From an uncultured delta proteobacterium (GTDB lineage: Bacteria > Myxococcota_A > Polyangia > Polyangiales > Polyangiaceae): 64,000 bases of DNA. The notes below the pieces were generated by a model. The model was not told the DNA's origin. It worked only from the letters and a program-made list of their open reading frames with translations, and did not search any database. Below, one piece after another: positions 33,780-43,307 of the stretch (position 1 is the stretch's first letter; every line of letters starts with the position of its first letter). The DNA is taken from assembly GCA_963716725.1 (NCBI GenBank), contig CAVQUB010000005.1:576001-640000 (forward strand), given 5' to 3'. The position numbers and the translations under genes were made by a program.

Positions 33780-35351
33780 ATGACCGCCCGGGATTTGGCA
33801 GCGTTTCTCGCCGATCTTTCTGGGTTCGTCGGTCAAGCGCACGTCTCAGCCGCCCCCGAGGAGCTCTCGCGCCTCGGCACCGCGACCTTCGCGACCGTCG
33901 CGCGCGTCCTCGGCCGGGTCGCGCCGGGCACCGGCGCCGAGGTGCGCGAGATCCTGCTTCGAGCCGCCCGAGCGAAGGTCCCGGTCTACCCGGTGAGCTG
34001 CGGGAAGAACTGGGGACTCGGCTCGCGCGTGCCACCGACCGACGCGGTCGTGCTCGATCTCGGACGCTTGAACCGCATCCTCGACTTCGACGAAGAGCTA
34101 GCGACGGTCACCCTAGAACCGGGAGTGAGCTTCCGGCAGCTCCATCGCTTCTTGTGCGAGCGGCAGTCTCGCCTGTTTGCGGCGACCACCGGCGGCAGCC
34201 CGGACGGAAGCGTGATCGCCAACGCCCTCGAGCGAGGCGACGGCTCGGGCCCGAATGGTGACCGCGCGCTGTACATCGCCGCGCTCGAGGTCGCGCTCAC
34301 CACCGGCGAGGTCCTGCATACGGGTTTCGATCGTTTCGACGGTGCCAGCGCGGCCCGCCTGCACCGCTTCGGCGTCGGACCCGCCCTCGATGGCCTATTC
34401 ACCCAATCGAACCTGGGCGTCGTCACCCGAGCCACCATCTGGCTCTCGCCGCTACCGCGCTTCCTGGCAGCGGTGCGGTTCTCAGTGCGCAGCGACGACC
34501 AGCTCGCCCCGCTGATCGACGCCGTCCGCCGCTTGCGCCTCGACGGGACCTTGCGTTCACCCGTCGGCATCTGGAACGACTACCGCGTGCTCTCGGTGGC
34601 GGAGCGCTACCCCTTCGAGCGCACGCAGGGTGTGACGCCGCTGCCTCGGGAGGTGCTCGCGGAAAAGAGCGCGGCCTTCGGCGGGAACCGTTGGCTGGGT
34701 TTGGCGTCGATCTACGCCGGCAGCCGCAAGCTCGGGGAGGCCGCGGTCGATCACGTCGAAGCCGAGCTCCGTCCCTGCGTGGACTCAATCGACATTGTGG
34801 CCAACAGCGGCGATCCGCGCGCAGGGCGGGAGCTCTTCCCCAGCACCGATCCCGCGTTTGCGTTCTTGCAGGGCGTGCCCCACGAGCAGAGCCTCCGCAG
34901 CCTGTATTGGCGCAAGCCCAGCGCTCCCGCCGGCGAGTTGGATCCGGACGCCGACCGGGTGGGGGCACTGTGGGTGTGCGCAGCCCTGCCGCTCCGCGGC
35001 GACGTCGTGCGTCGTGCGACGGAGCAGGCCGAAGCTTGCATGCTCGAGCACGGGTTCGAACCGTTGGTGGCGTTGCTCTGCCATACGGAGCGCACGCTGC
35101 AGCTCTTGCCGATGATCGTTTACGACCGCGACCAAACCGGCGCCGACGCCCGCGCGCTCGCGTGTCACGATGCGCTCTTGGCCGACCTCGCCGCCGCGGG
35201 CCATCACGCCCAGCGTCTCGCGCTGCCCGCGATGGGCGCCCTGCCCGCGCCGCGGGACGACTTTGACGTGGTGCTGGGGCGCCTGAAGCGCGCGTTCGAT
35301 CCCCAAGGCGTCCTGGCGCCGGGGCGTTACGATCGCGGATCGTCCGGATAG
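33780..35351 (+). CDS. FAD-linked oxidoreductase, VAO/PCMH (p-cresol methylhydroxylase flavoprotein-like) family
   Basis: SCGKNWGLGS, LEPGVSF, SVIANALERG, GPALDGLFTQSNLGVVT, LKRAFDPQGVLAPG. Confidence 0.88.
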   Translation: MTARDLAAFLADLSGFVGQAHVSAAPEELSRLGTATFATVARVLGRVAPGTGAEVREILLRAARAKVPVYPVSCGKNWGLGSRVPPTDAVVLDLGRLNRILDFDEELATVTLEPGVSFRQLHRFLCERQSRLFAATTGGSPDGSVIANALERGDGSGPNGDRALYIAALEVALTTGEVLHTGFDRFDGASAARLHRFGVGPALDGLFTQSNLGVVTRATIWLSPLPRFLAAVRFSVRSDDQLAPLIDAVRRLRLDGTLRSPVGIWNDYRVLSVAERYPFERTQGVTPLPREVLAEKSAAFGGNRWLGLASIYAGSRKLGEAAVDHVEAELRPCVDSIDIVANSGDPRAGRELFPSTDPAFAFLQGVPHEQSLRSLYWRKPSAPAGELDPDADRVGALWVCAALPLRGDVVRRATEQAEACMLEHGFEPLVALLCHTERTLQLLPMIVYDRDQTGADARALACHDALLADLAAAGHHAQRLALPAMGALPAPRDDFDVVLGRLKRAFDPQGVLAPGRYDRGSSG

Positions 35352-35388
35352 TTCAGCGGTTTCTGCCGAAGCGACATCCGTCATGGGC

Positions 35389-35402
35389 CTGATGCCCGTC
35401 AT
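35389..35402. promoter_or_regulatory. Weak FNR/DNR-like box upstream of the hemerythrin gene
   Basis: CTGAT-GCCC-GTCAT; adjacent GACATCCGTCA (35373) resembles the reverse complement of the 22594 box. Confidence 0.3.
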
Positions 35403-35440
35403 GGGTCGTCGGCGTGTGCGGCCGGCATCCTGGTCGAGTC

Positions 35441-35878
35441 ATGAAGATCACCGAGGGCCTCCTGGGCGAGCACGCGCTTTCGTACGCGATCTTCGACCAG
35501 GTCGAGGCCAATGCCGAGACCGCGTGCTCGCTCGTCGAGATCGCGGCCATCGGTCGGGTCGTGGCGGGCGCCGTCGCCAGCCACATGGCGCTCGAGGACG
35601 AGGTGCTGTTTCCGGCGCTGGTCGAGGGTGGCCAGAGCAGCGGCGCGCTCGACGTGCTCAGAGCCGAGCACATGGAGATCGGGCTCTTGACCGGGGCCGT
35701 CAGCGCTTCCACCACCCTGGAGGAAGGGCGCGGTGTGTTGCTGCGCCTGCTCTACACGCTCAGGGAGCACTTCGCGAAAGAAGAGCAAGTGCTCTTCCCG
35801 ATCTGCGAGCGCACGCTGGGCGAGCAAGCGCTGAGGGATCTCGGCGAGCACTGGGCTCGACGGCGCGGGCTGACCTGA
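35441..35878 (+). CDS. Hemerythrin-domain protein
   Basis: GEH, HMALEDEVLFP, EHMEI, HFAKEEQVLFP. Confidence 0.9.
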   Translation: MKITEGLLGEHALSYAIFDQVEANAETACSLVEIAAIGRVVAGAVASHMALEDEVLFPALVEGGQSSGALDVLRAEHMEIGLLTGAVSASTTLEEGRGVLLRLLYTLREHFAKEEQVLFPICERTLGEQALRDLGEHWARRRGLT

Positions 35879-35908
35879 GGGTTGCCCGCGCTGCTCGCGA
35901 CCAGGCGA

Positions 35909-36760
35909 TCAGGGCGGGAGAGGGATGCAGGCGACGCTCATGGGCGCTCCGTGCAGCACGCTGCGTGAGACCGATCCCTGCCAGAGGCGTGCGATGCCGG
36001 CGCGCTGGTGAGTGCCAACGACGAGCAAGTCGACGTTGGACTCTTCTGCGAGCAACCTGAGATGGCTGTCCACGCGGCCCCACCCGGGCTTCACCATGAA
36101 CGCCGCCCGGCCCGACGCTTGTCCGATGCTTGCCCACTCTTCGAGGCGGGAGCGGAGCGATTGCTCCAGCTCGGGCCGCAGGTGATCGAGGGGGATCGGT
36201 GCGGCGAGTCCGGCGCGGTTGTGCTCATCGGCGGGCCAGACGATTTGCGCGACGAGCAGCTCAGATGGCCCGATGACCTCCAGCCCGCGTGCCCAGGCAA
36301 GTGCCGCCTGCGATTCGGTCGTGAGCTCGACGCCAACCATCACGCGCAGCGCGCCGTCTCCTCGGGCCCAGGCCTCGAGCTTCGATCCGTCGCGCACCAC
36401 CAGCACCGGAACGCTCGATGTCTGCGCGACACGTTCGGCAACGCTGCCGAGCGTCCAGCGGCTCTGCTTGCGCGCGCCGATCGGGCCGACGACGAGCAGG
36501 CGAGCCTGCAACTTGCCGGCGAGCCCCACGAGTGCCTCGTCCGGAGCGCCGGCCTCGGTCATCGGAGTCACTTCGATGCCGAATTCCTCGCGGAGCGCTC
36601 CGGCGACGGCGTCGAGCGACGTCGTCCCACCATCAGGTTCCTCGGCCGCTCTCACCCGCACGAGGCTCAGGCCACGACCCAAGCGCCTCGCGATCGCGGC
36701 GGCCACTCGGGCAGCCCGGGCGGCGCTGTCCGACAGATCCGTGCCGCAGACGACGGTCAC
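35909..36760 (-). CDS. Tandem-domain universal stress protein
   Basis: VVCGTDLS, LGSVAERV..VPVLVV, DLLVVGTH, GSVSRSVL; GTG overlaps the TerC stop. Confidence 0.9.
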   Translation of the reverse strand: MTVVCGTDLSDSAARAARVAAAIARRLGRGLSLVRVRAAEEPDGGTTSLDAVAGALREEFGIEVTPMTEAGAPDEALVGLAGKLQARLLVVGPIGARKQSRWTLGSVAERVAQTSSVPVLVVRDGSKLEAWARGDGALRVMVGVELTTESQAALAWARGLEVIGPSELLVAQIVWPADEHNRAGLAAPIPLDHLRPELEQSLRSRLEEWASIGQASGRAAFMVKPGWGRVDSHLRLLAEESNVDLLVVGTHQRAGIARLWQGSVSRSVLHGAPMSVACIPLPP

Positions 36761-37719
36761 GACTCCAGCCCTTTCGCCGGGGGCGGCGCCTGCTCGGCGG
36801 GAGCCCGTCGCAGCATCGAGGCCAAGATCGAGCCCCCGAGCAAGGCGACGATAGCGAGCAAAGAGGCCAAGATGGGGATCTTGTACACACCGGCCACGAG
36901 CATCTTCACTCCAACGAACACCAGCACCAACGACAGCCCGATCTTCAGGTAGTGGAACTTCCCCATCATGCCGGCGAGCGCAAAGTAGAGGGCACGCAGG
37001 CCGAGGATCGCGAAGATGTTCGAGGTGTAGACGATGAAGGGATCGGTCGTCACCGCGAAGATGGCGGGGATCGAGTCGACGGCGAACACGATGTCGGTCG
37101 CCTCGATGGCGACCAAGACCAGGAGCAACGGTGTCGCGTAGCGCTTGCCCTTCTCGACGACCGTGAACTTCCCGCCGCGGTAATCCGATACCGAGGGCAC
37201 GAAGCGCCGGAAGAGGCGGAAGAGCGGGTTCTTCTCGGGGCGCACCTCGTCGTCGCGCTGCAGCAGGAGCTTGACGCCCGTGAACACCAGGAACCCGCCG
37301 AAGACGTAGATGACCCAGTGGAATCTCTGGAGCAGCGCGGCGCCGAGCACGATGAAGATGGCGCGCATGACCAACGCGCCGAGGATCCCCCAGAACAGCA
37401 CGCGGTGCTGGAGGTTCGCGGGAACGGCGAAGACCGCGAAGACGACGATGAAGACGAATATGTTGTCGACCGAGAGCGCCTTCTCGATGACGTAGCCGGT
37501 CAGGAACTCGAGGGCGCGCTGCGAACCGAACCAGGCATAGACGCCTAGGTTGAAGACGAGCGCCAGGGAGACCCAGACGCCAGTCCAGATCAGCGCCTCG
37601 CGGACACTCACTTCGTGCGCCTTCTTGTGGAAGACGCCGAGGTCGAGGGCCAGCATCACGAGCACGAACAACGTGAACCCCAGCCACAGTGTCGGTGTGC
37701 CGATGCTGTTGACGCCCAT
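36757..37719 (-). CDS. TerC/Alx-family membrane protein
   Basis: EKALSVDNIFVF, QHRVLFWGILGALVMR, DIVFAVDSIPA, SNIFAILGLRALYF. Confidence 0.95.
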   Translation of the reverse strand: MGVNSIGTPTLWLGFTLFVLVMLALDLGVFHKKAHEVSVREALIWTGVWVSLALVFNLGVYAWFGSQRALEFLTGYVIEKALSVDNIFVFIVVFAVFAVPANLQHRVLFWGILGALVMRAIFIVLGAALLQRFHWVIYVFGGFLVFTGVKLLLQRDDEVRPEKNPLFRLFRRFVPSVSDYRGGKFTVVEKGKRYATPLLLVLVAIEATDIVFAVDSIPAIFAVTTDPFIVYTSNIFAILGLRALYFALAGMMGKFHYLKIGLSLVLVFVGVKMLVAGVYKIPILASLLAIVALLGGSILASMLRRAPAEQAPPPAKGLES

Positions 37720-37812
37720 GCGCAGCCTTTCGTGGTCGAGGCCCTCTGGCTCGCCCGCGGATGTTTAGGCTCGGAGTGACCATTCGGCCATTAGCAAATT
37801 ATGGATCCACCG

Positions 37813-37827
37813 TTCGGTTTAACCGAA
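37813..37827. promoter_or_regulatory. LysR-type operator palindrome
   Basis: TTCGGTT-T-AACCGAA perfect inverted repeat (T-N11-A) between the divergent TerC and nhaR genes. Confidence 0.65.
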
Positions 37828-37842
37828 GTAGGATCCCGGGCC

Positions 37843-38742
37843 GTGGAATGGCTCAACTACCACCACCTGCTCTATTTCTGGGTCGTGGCCCGGGAGGGCA
37901 GCCTGTCCCGGGCGGCCGCGGAGCTGCGTCTGGCTCAGTCCACGGTGAGTGCGCAGGTTCGCTCCCTCGAAGAGTCGCTGGGCGAGAAGCTCTTCGTTCG
38001 CAGCGGCCGGCGGCTGGTGCTCACCGAGATGGGACGCATCGTCTTCCGCTACGCGGAAGAGATCTTCTCTCTCGGCCGGGAGCTGCGCGATGCCGTCAAG
38101 GGCAGACCGGTCGGAAGACCGCTGACCCTTTCGATCGGTGTCGCCGACGTCGTCCCGAAGCTAGTCGCGCGTCGGCTGATCGGGCCCGCGCTCGAGCTCC
38201 CCGAACCAGTTCGTCTGGTCTGTCGGGAAGGCAAGCCCGAGTCGTTGCTCGCGGACTTGGTGGTGCACAACCTCGATCTCGTCCTCCTGGACGCGCCCGT
38301 CGGACCCTCGATTCGCATCCGCGCCTTCAGCCATCTTCTGGGCGAATGCGGCGTGGTGTTGTTCGCGACGGCCGAGCTGGCCGCGGCTCACCGCCGGGGC
38401 TTTCCCAAATCGCTGGATGGCGCGCCAATGCTCCTGCCCACCGAGAACACCACGCTCCGGCGGTCCCTCGACCACTGGTTCGCATCACGCGGCATCCGGC
38501 CCAAGGTCGTGGGCGAATTCGAGGACAGCGCGCTGCTCAAGGTGTTCGGTCAGACTGGGCTCGGCATCTTCCCGGCGCCCGCGGTCATCGCGAAGGAGGT
38601 CGAGCGCCAGTATCAAGTTCGGCGGGTCGGCCGCCTCGATCAGGTGCGCGAGCGTTTCTTCGCCATATCCGTCGAGCGTAAGCTCAAGCACCCGGCGGTG
38701 GTGGCGATCAGCGAATCGGCGCGCCAGAAGCCCTTCGGGTGA
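37843..38742 (+). CDS. nhaR: LysR-family activator NhaR
   Basis: WLNYHHLLYFW..AREGS, GVADVVPK, GEFEDSALLKVFG, ERKLKHPAV. Confidence 0.9.
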   Translation: MEWLNYHHLLYFWVVAREGSLSRAAAELRLAQSTVSAQVRSLEESLGEKLFVRSGRRLVLTEMGRIVFRYAEEIFSLGRELRDAVKGRPVGRPLTLSIGVADVVPKLVARRLIGPALELPEPVRLVCREGKPESLLADLVVHNLDLVLLDAPVGPSIRIRAFSHLLGECGVVLFATAELAAAHRRGFPKSLDGAPMLLPTENTTLRRSLDHWFASRGIRPKVVGEFEDSALLKVFGQTGLGIFPAPAVIAKEVERQYQVRRVGRLDQVRERFFAISVERKLKHPAVVAISESARQKPFG

Positions 38743-38761
38743 TGCCCTGGAAGCCTTCGCT

Positions 38762-40588
38762 TCAAACGCTGCGCTCCTCGTCGCGGCGCGGGCGCCGGTT
38801 GGTGTCGAGGACGCGCTTTCGCACCCGGACCGCGTCCGGCGTCACCTCGACCAACTCGTCCTTGTCGATGAACTCCATGGCCGTGTCGATGCTGAGCAAG
38901 TGAGGCGGCGAGAGGATCACGTTCTCGTCCCGGCCCGCGGCGCGGATGTTGGTCAGCTTCTTCTCGCGCGTGACGTTCACGTCGAGGTCGTTGGCGCGGT
39001 TGTGCTCGCCGACGATCATGCCCTCGTAGACCTCGGTGCCCGGGTCCATGAACAAGACCCCGCGCGGTTGCAGGTGGAAGAGCGCGTAGGGGGTCGAGCC
39101 GCCAGCCCGATCCGAGACGATGGCGCCGTTGGCGCGGCGGAGCATCGGTCCTCGGTAGGGCTCCCAGCCCTCGAACAGCGTGTTGAGCAGACCCATGCCC
39201 CGAGTCTCGGTGAGGAAGGACGAGCGGAAGCCGATCAAGCCGCGCGACGGCACGATGTACTCCATCCGGGCCCGGCCGAAGCCGAGGTTCGACATCTTCA
39301 CCATCTGGCCCTTGCGCTCGCCCAGCCGGGTGGTCACTGCGCCGACGAACTGCTCGGGCACGTCCACCACCACACGCTCCACGGGCTCCATCTTCTGCCC
39401 GTCGACATCGCGCACCACCACCTCGGGCATGCCGAGGGCAAACTCGTAGCCCTCGCGACGCATGGTCTCGGCCAAAATCGCCAACATCAGCTCGCCACGC
39501 CCGTAGACCAAGAAGGTGTCCGGCTCCGGGGTGTCCTCGAAGCGAAGCGCCAGGTTCCTCTTCGACTCTTTGATCAAGCGCTCGCGCACGTGGCGCGAGG
39601 TGACCCACTTGCCGGCGCGCCCGGCGAAGGGCGAGGAATTCACCAAGAAGCTCATCTTGATGGTCGGTTCTTCGACCTGGATGCGCGGCAGCGGGTTCGG
39701 GTGCTCGGGGTCCGCGACGGTGTCGCCGATCTGCACCTCCTCCATGCCGGCGATGGCCACGATGTCACCCGCGGAGACCTTGGTCGCTTTGACGCGTTTG
39801 GTCCCCTCGAAGGTGAACACGCTGGAGAGACGACAGCGCGTCTGGCCGGTCTCTTGCAGCAGCACGATGTCGTCGTTCACTTCGACGGCACCTTGCCAGA
39901 GGCGCCCGATGGCGAGCCGGCCGACGTACTCGTCGTGCTCGATGTTGTGAACCAAGAGTTGAAGGGGCAACTTCGGGTCGCCGCTGGGGCCCGGAACCTT
40001 GCCGATCAGCGTGTCGAAGAGCGGCTTCAAATCCGTGCCTTCGTCCTCGAGCTCGTGCTTGGCGATGCCGAGCTTGCCGATGGCGTAGAGGGTCGGGAAG
40101 TTGGTTTGGGCGTCGCTGGCCTCGAGCTCGCAGAACAGGTCGAAGACCTCGTTCAGCACGTCGTCCGGGCGGGCGTCTTTTCGATCGATCTTGTTGATGA
40201 TCACGATCACGACCAGCCCCAGCTCGAGGGCCTTCTTGAGCACGAAGCGAGTCTGGGGCAGCGGCCCCTCCGCGGCGTCCACCAGCAAGATGGCGCCGTC
40301 TGCCATCTTGAGCGTGCGCTCGACCTCGCCGCCGAAGTCCGCGTGGCCGGGCGTGTCGATGATGTTGATCAACACGTCCCCGCAACGAACGCTGGCGTGC
40401 TTGGCCAAGATGGTGATGCCGCGCTCCCGCTCGAGATCGTTCGAGTCCATGATCCGCTCGGCGACGATCTCGTTCTGGCGGAACACGCCGGTCTGTCGGA
40501 GCATGGCGTCCACCAGGGTGGTCTTGCCGTGATCGACGTGCGCGATGATGGCGACGTTGCGCACGTCGGGGCGGATGGGAGTGCTCAT
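38762..40588 (-). CDS. typA: Translational GTPase TypA/BipA
   Basis: RNVAIIAHVDHGKTT, DTPGHADFGGEVER, PSRGLIGFR, KKLTNIRAAG. Confidence 0.98.
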   Translation of the reverse strand: MSTPIRPDVRNVAIIAHVDHGKTTLVDAMLRQTGVFRQNEIVAERIMDSNDLERERGITILAKHASVRCGDVLINIIDTPGHADFGGEVERTLKMADGAILLVDAAEGPLPQTRFVLKKALELGLVVIVIINKIDRKDARPDDVLNEVFDLFCELEASDAQTNFPTLYAIGKLGIAKHELEDEGTDLKPLFDTLIGKVPGPSGDPKLPLQLLVHNIEHDEYVGRLAIGRLWQGAVEVNDDIVLLQETGQTRCRLSSVFTFEGTKRVKATKVSAGDIVAIAGMEEVQIGDTVADPEHPNPLPRIQVEEPTIKMSFLVNSSPFAGRAGKWVTSRHVRERLIKESKRNLALRFEDTPEPDTFLVYGRGELMLAILAETMRREGYEFALGMPEVVVRDVDGQKMEPVERVVVDVPEQFVGAVTTRLGERKGQMVKMSNLGFGRARMEYIVPSRGLIGFRSSFLTETRGMGLLNTLFEGWEPYRGPMLRRANGAIVSDRAGGSTPYALFHLQPRGVLFMDPGTEVYEGMIVGEHNRANDLDVNVTREKKLTNIRAAGRDENVILSPPHLLSIDTAMEFIDKDELVEVTPDAVRVRKRVLDTNRRPRRDEERSV

Positions 40589-40642
40589 GCTTGGCGCGCG
40601 GACCTAGCGCAAAGCACCCGGCGCGTCCAAGCCGATGAGCGA

Positions 40643-42181
40643 TTAAACCACTTCGAGCCGCGTCAGCACGGGCAAGCGCAGCTTTTCGAAGGCCTCCGCT
40701 TGGAGAGTCAGCTCGCGGCGATTGTCCTCTTCCGGCTCGATCCGCTTGCCTTCGAGGGTGAGGCGCTGTCCCTGCGACGACAGCATCTTCCAGGCGTGGT
40801 CGACCCACTCCGAGGGCCGAGTCTTGCCCTCGGCGTGCGCGGACAAGAAGAATTGGTCGACCCGAGACGCGACGACGCCGGCACCCGATACGGGGGACGC
40901 GAGGTGGTTTCGCTCGGAGTTGCTGCGGGAGATCTGCATGAAGTGGCGATTGAGGGCGCGGCTTCGCGGGCGTGCCTGCTCGATGTCGGCGTCGGACTGA
41001 ACCAAACACGCCGAACCCTTGCCGAGCAGCACCGTCACGGCCTGCACCAACTGGCCGAAGCTCAGTTTGGGCGTTGCGGCATCGAGCTCTGCCAAGCTCT
41101 TCGCTCGTGAGCCGTCGGAAGCGAGCGCCTCGATCAGCGGCGCGTAGACGGACTCTTGCAGTTTCGCCGTTCCGCGGGAGCCCGCCACCTCCAGGGTGAT
41201 GGTCGAGGGATCTTCGGCCAACACCACCCGGAACTGCCGCAGCGCTTCGCCCTGGGCCAAGCTCGGCATCTTGCGTGGACCACGCACGAAGTAGTCCCGT
41301 CGGAACTGAGTGTTCGCGAGGAAGTCACGCACCGTCTCGCGCAGCCACACGTCGGTGATGCTCGAGACCAGGGCCTGACCGTCGGCGGACAGATTCAGTC
41401 CGTCGATCTGCTCGAGCAGGGTGGCGTTGGCGCCGTGGGAGAGCTTCGCGTCCTCGAGCTCTTCGGCGATGGCCGAAAACGGCATCGGGTACCAATGCTC
41501 GTTCATCAGCTCGTGGACCGCGTATTTGCCGGGTTTGGCCTTGAACCGCTTGAGTCGGTTCAGGACCTGCGGATGGGCCTTGAAATAGAGCGCGCCGGAG
41601 TCCCCGAGCTTCTCGACGAAGGCGAGGGCGTCCTCGAGACGAGCGCTCACGCCCGCGCCCTCGCTGCCGGTCCGCGCCGCGTGAAGCTGCAGCATGTGTC
41701 GGACCGGGACCATCGGTGACCAGCCCGGGGTCACGTTGTACGAGATGTAGACCACCCCGCCCGGCGCCAGCTTTCGCCGAAGGATGTCCACGATCACGCC
41801 GCGGTTCTCCTCCGAAATCCACGACCAGATGCCGTGGAGCGCGATCATGTCGAACTCGGGCAGGTCGTCGCGCTTCGCGAGCTCGGCGAAGCTCGCGTCG
41901 AGGACGTGGGCGTTGGCGCCAGACGCAGCGATCATGTCCAAAGTGCTCGCGGCCTGTGCGGGGTTGAAGTCGTTGCCCCAGTACTCGCCCGCTCCGACCG
42001 CGGAATGGACCGCAAACGAGACACCCTGCCCGAAGCCCAGCTCCAGGTACTTCGGCCGCGTGAGATCGCGGGTCTTGATACCGCGACAGGTCAACGCCCA
42101 TCGCGTTTGGAGCGGCGACAGCTCCGAGAAATACCCCGCCGTGTAGTCAATCTCGGAGATGTAGCCGTCCGTCCAGCTCAT
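40643..42181 (-). CDS. Class I SAM methyltransferase with methyltransferase-regulatory domain
   Basis: WTDGY..YTAGYF, LELGFGQG, DFNPAQ, HGIWSWIS, SYNVTPGW, FRRDYFVRG. Confidence 0.88.
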   Translation of the reverse strand: MSWTDGYISEIDYTAGYFSELSPLQTRWALTCRGIKTRDLTRPKYLELGFGQGVSFAVHSAVGAGEYWGNDFNPAQAASTLDMIAASGANAHVLDASFAELAKRDDLPEFDMIALHGIWSWISEENRGVIVDILRRKLAPGGVVYISYNVTPGWSPMVPVRHMLQLHAARTGSEGAGVSARLEDALAFVEKLGDSGALYFKAHPQVLNRLKRFKAKPGKYAVHELMNEHWYPMPFSAIAEELEDAKLSHGANATLLEQIDGLNLSADGQALVSSITDVWLRETVRDFLANTQFRRDYFVRGPRKMPSLAQGEALRQFRVVLAEDPSTITLEVAGSRGTAKLQESVYAPLIEALASDGSRAKSLAELDAATPKLSFGQLVQAVTVLLGKGSACLVQSDADIEQARPRSRALNRHFMQISRSNSERNHLASPVSGAGVVASRVDQFFLSAHAEGKTRPSEWVDHAWKMLSSQGQRLTLEGKRIEPEEDNRRELTLQAEAFEKLRLPVLTRLEVV

Positions 42182-42302
42182 GAAGCTCCGGGATACCACG
42201 GGAGGTCACGCGGCGGGTGTGAACAGGCCGCTCCAAGTCCGCTGAGCAAGCCCGGAAAATCCAGGATTTTGGCCTGGCCCGACTCCTGCTATTCGCCGGA
42301 CC

Positions 42303-43298
42303 ATGCGCTGGACGATGGTTTCGGTTGGGGTCTTGGTCTCGGTGGTCGCCTGCGGCGGGAGCACGGACGACGGGCTGAGCGGCAGCGGTGGGACGGGCAA
42401 CACCGGAGGGGGCTCTGGAACGGGGGCTGCCAGCGGAGCTGGCGGCTCGGCCGGAGCGGCAGGCGGTCCCAGCGGGGGCGCCGCGGGAGCCGGAGCGACC
42501 GGCGGCGTGGCGGGCGTCGGAGGGCTGGGCGGTTCGAGCTCCGGCGGGTCGGCCGGGTACACCCTCGAGAACGTCTGCCAGAAGACCCAGCCGCAGGGCT
42601 GCGAGTGGGCCAAAGACTGCTGCACCACGAGCGGCTTCGGCTATGACAAGAGCGGCTGCGAGAAGAGAGCGCTCGGAGACTGCGAGAAGAGCGTCGCCGA
42701 GGTCAAGGCGGGCAAGATGAGCTTTGACCCGACCAAGGTCGACGCCTGCCTCGCTGCGTACAAGAAGCTGCTCTCGCAGTGCACTGTTGGCGTCAATGAC
42801 CTCTACCTGGCGCTCGACGAGCTGAAGGCCTGCAACTACGCCTTCCAAGGCAAGGTCCCGACCGGTTCGAGCTGTGACCGTGACGCCGACTGCGCCCCCT
42901 CCGCCGATCCGAACGTCTTCGTCGGGTGCGACGACGCCGCCAAGAAGTGCACGTCCTCCAAGCGACTTCAGCTCGGGGCAAACTGCGCCATCGGTGACGG
43001 AGTCGCGGACTTTTGTGCCGCCGGGCTCTACTGCGATGCGACGTGGGCCGCGCCGCCTCCCTTCCCCGGCGTCTGCAAGACCGCGACCCCCGTCGGCAAG
43101 AAGTGCAACGGCTTCAAGCCCTACAACCTGGAGTGCGGCGCCGGCTTCTACTGCAACAAGAGCACCAGCGTCTGCACCCCAGCCAAGGCCGGGGGGGCCA
43201 GCTGCTCCGAGACCCTCGAGTGCCAGAGCTACGCCTGCGAGAGCGGCAAGTGCGACCCCGTCGAGCCCGTAGTGGATCAAGAGGCGTGCACTGGGTAG
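42303..43298 (+). CDS. Cys-rich lipoprotein
   Basis: Lipobox VVAC, Gly linker, many CxxGxYC motifs. Confidence 0.8.
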   Translation: MRWTMVSVGVLVSVVACGGSTDDGLSGSGGTGNTGGGSGTGAASGAGGSAGAAGGPSGGAAGAGATGGVAGVGGLGGSSSGGSAGYTLENVCQKTQPQGCEWAKDCCTTSGFGYDKSGCEKRALGDCEKSVAEVKAGKMSFDPTKVDACLAAYKKLLSQCTVGVNDLYLALDELKACNYAFQGKVPTGSSCDRDADCAPSADPNVFVGCDDAAKKCTSSKRLQLGANCAIGDGVADFCAAGLYCDATWAAPPPFPGVCKTATPVGKKCNGFKPYNLECGAGFYCNKSTSVCTPAKAGGASCSETLECQSYACESGKCDPVEPVVDQEACTG

Positions 43299-43307
43299 GC
43301 TCGGGGG

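Noticed and set aside
35909..37783. Apparent N-terminal fusions or extensions (also 7318-9261, 11698-13428, 56448-58295)
   Set aside because: The extensions overlap neighbouring genes in another frame or strand; internal starts fit better.
38417..41110. Long antisense ORFs (also 613-2049, 2061-3857, 32262-33770, 47955-50258, 54826-56355)
   Set aside because: Shadows of well-supported genes on the opposite strand, caused by high GC3.
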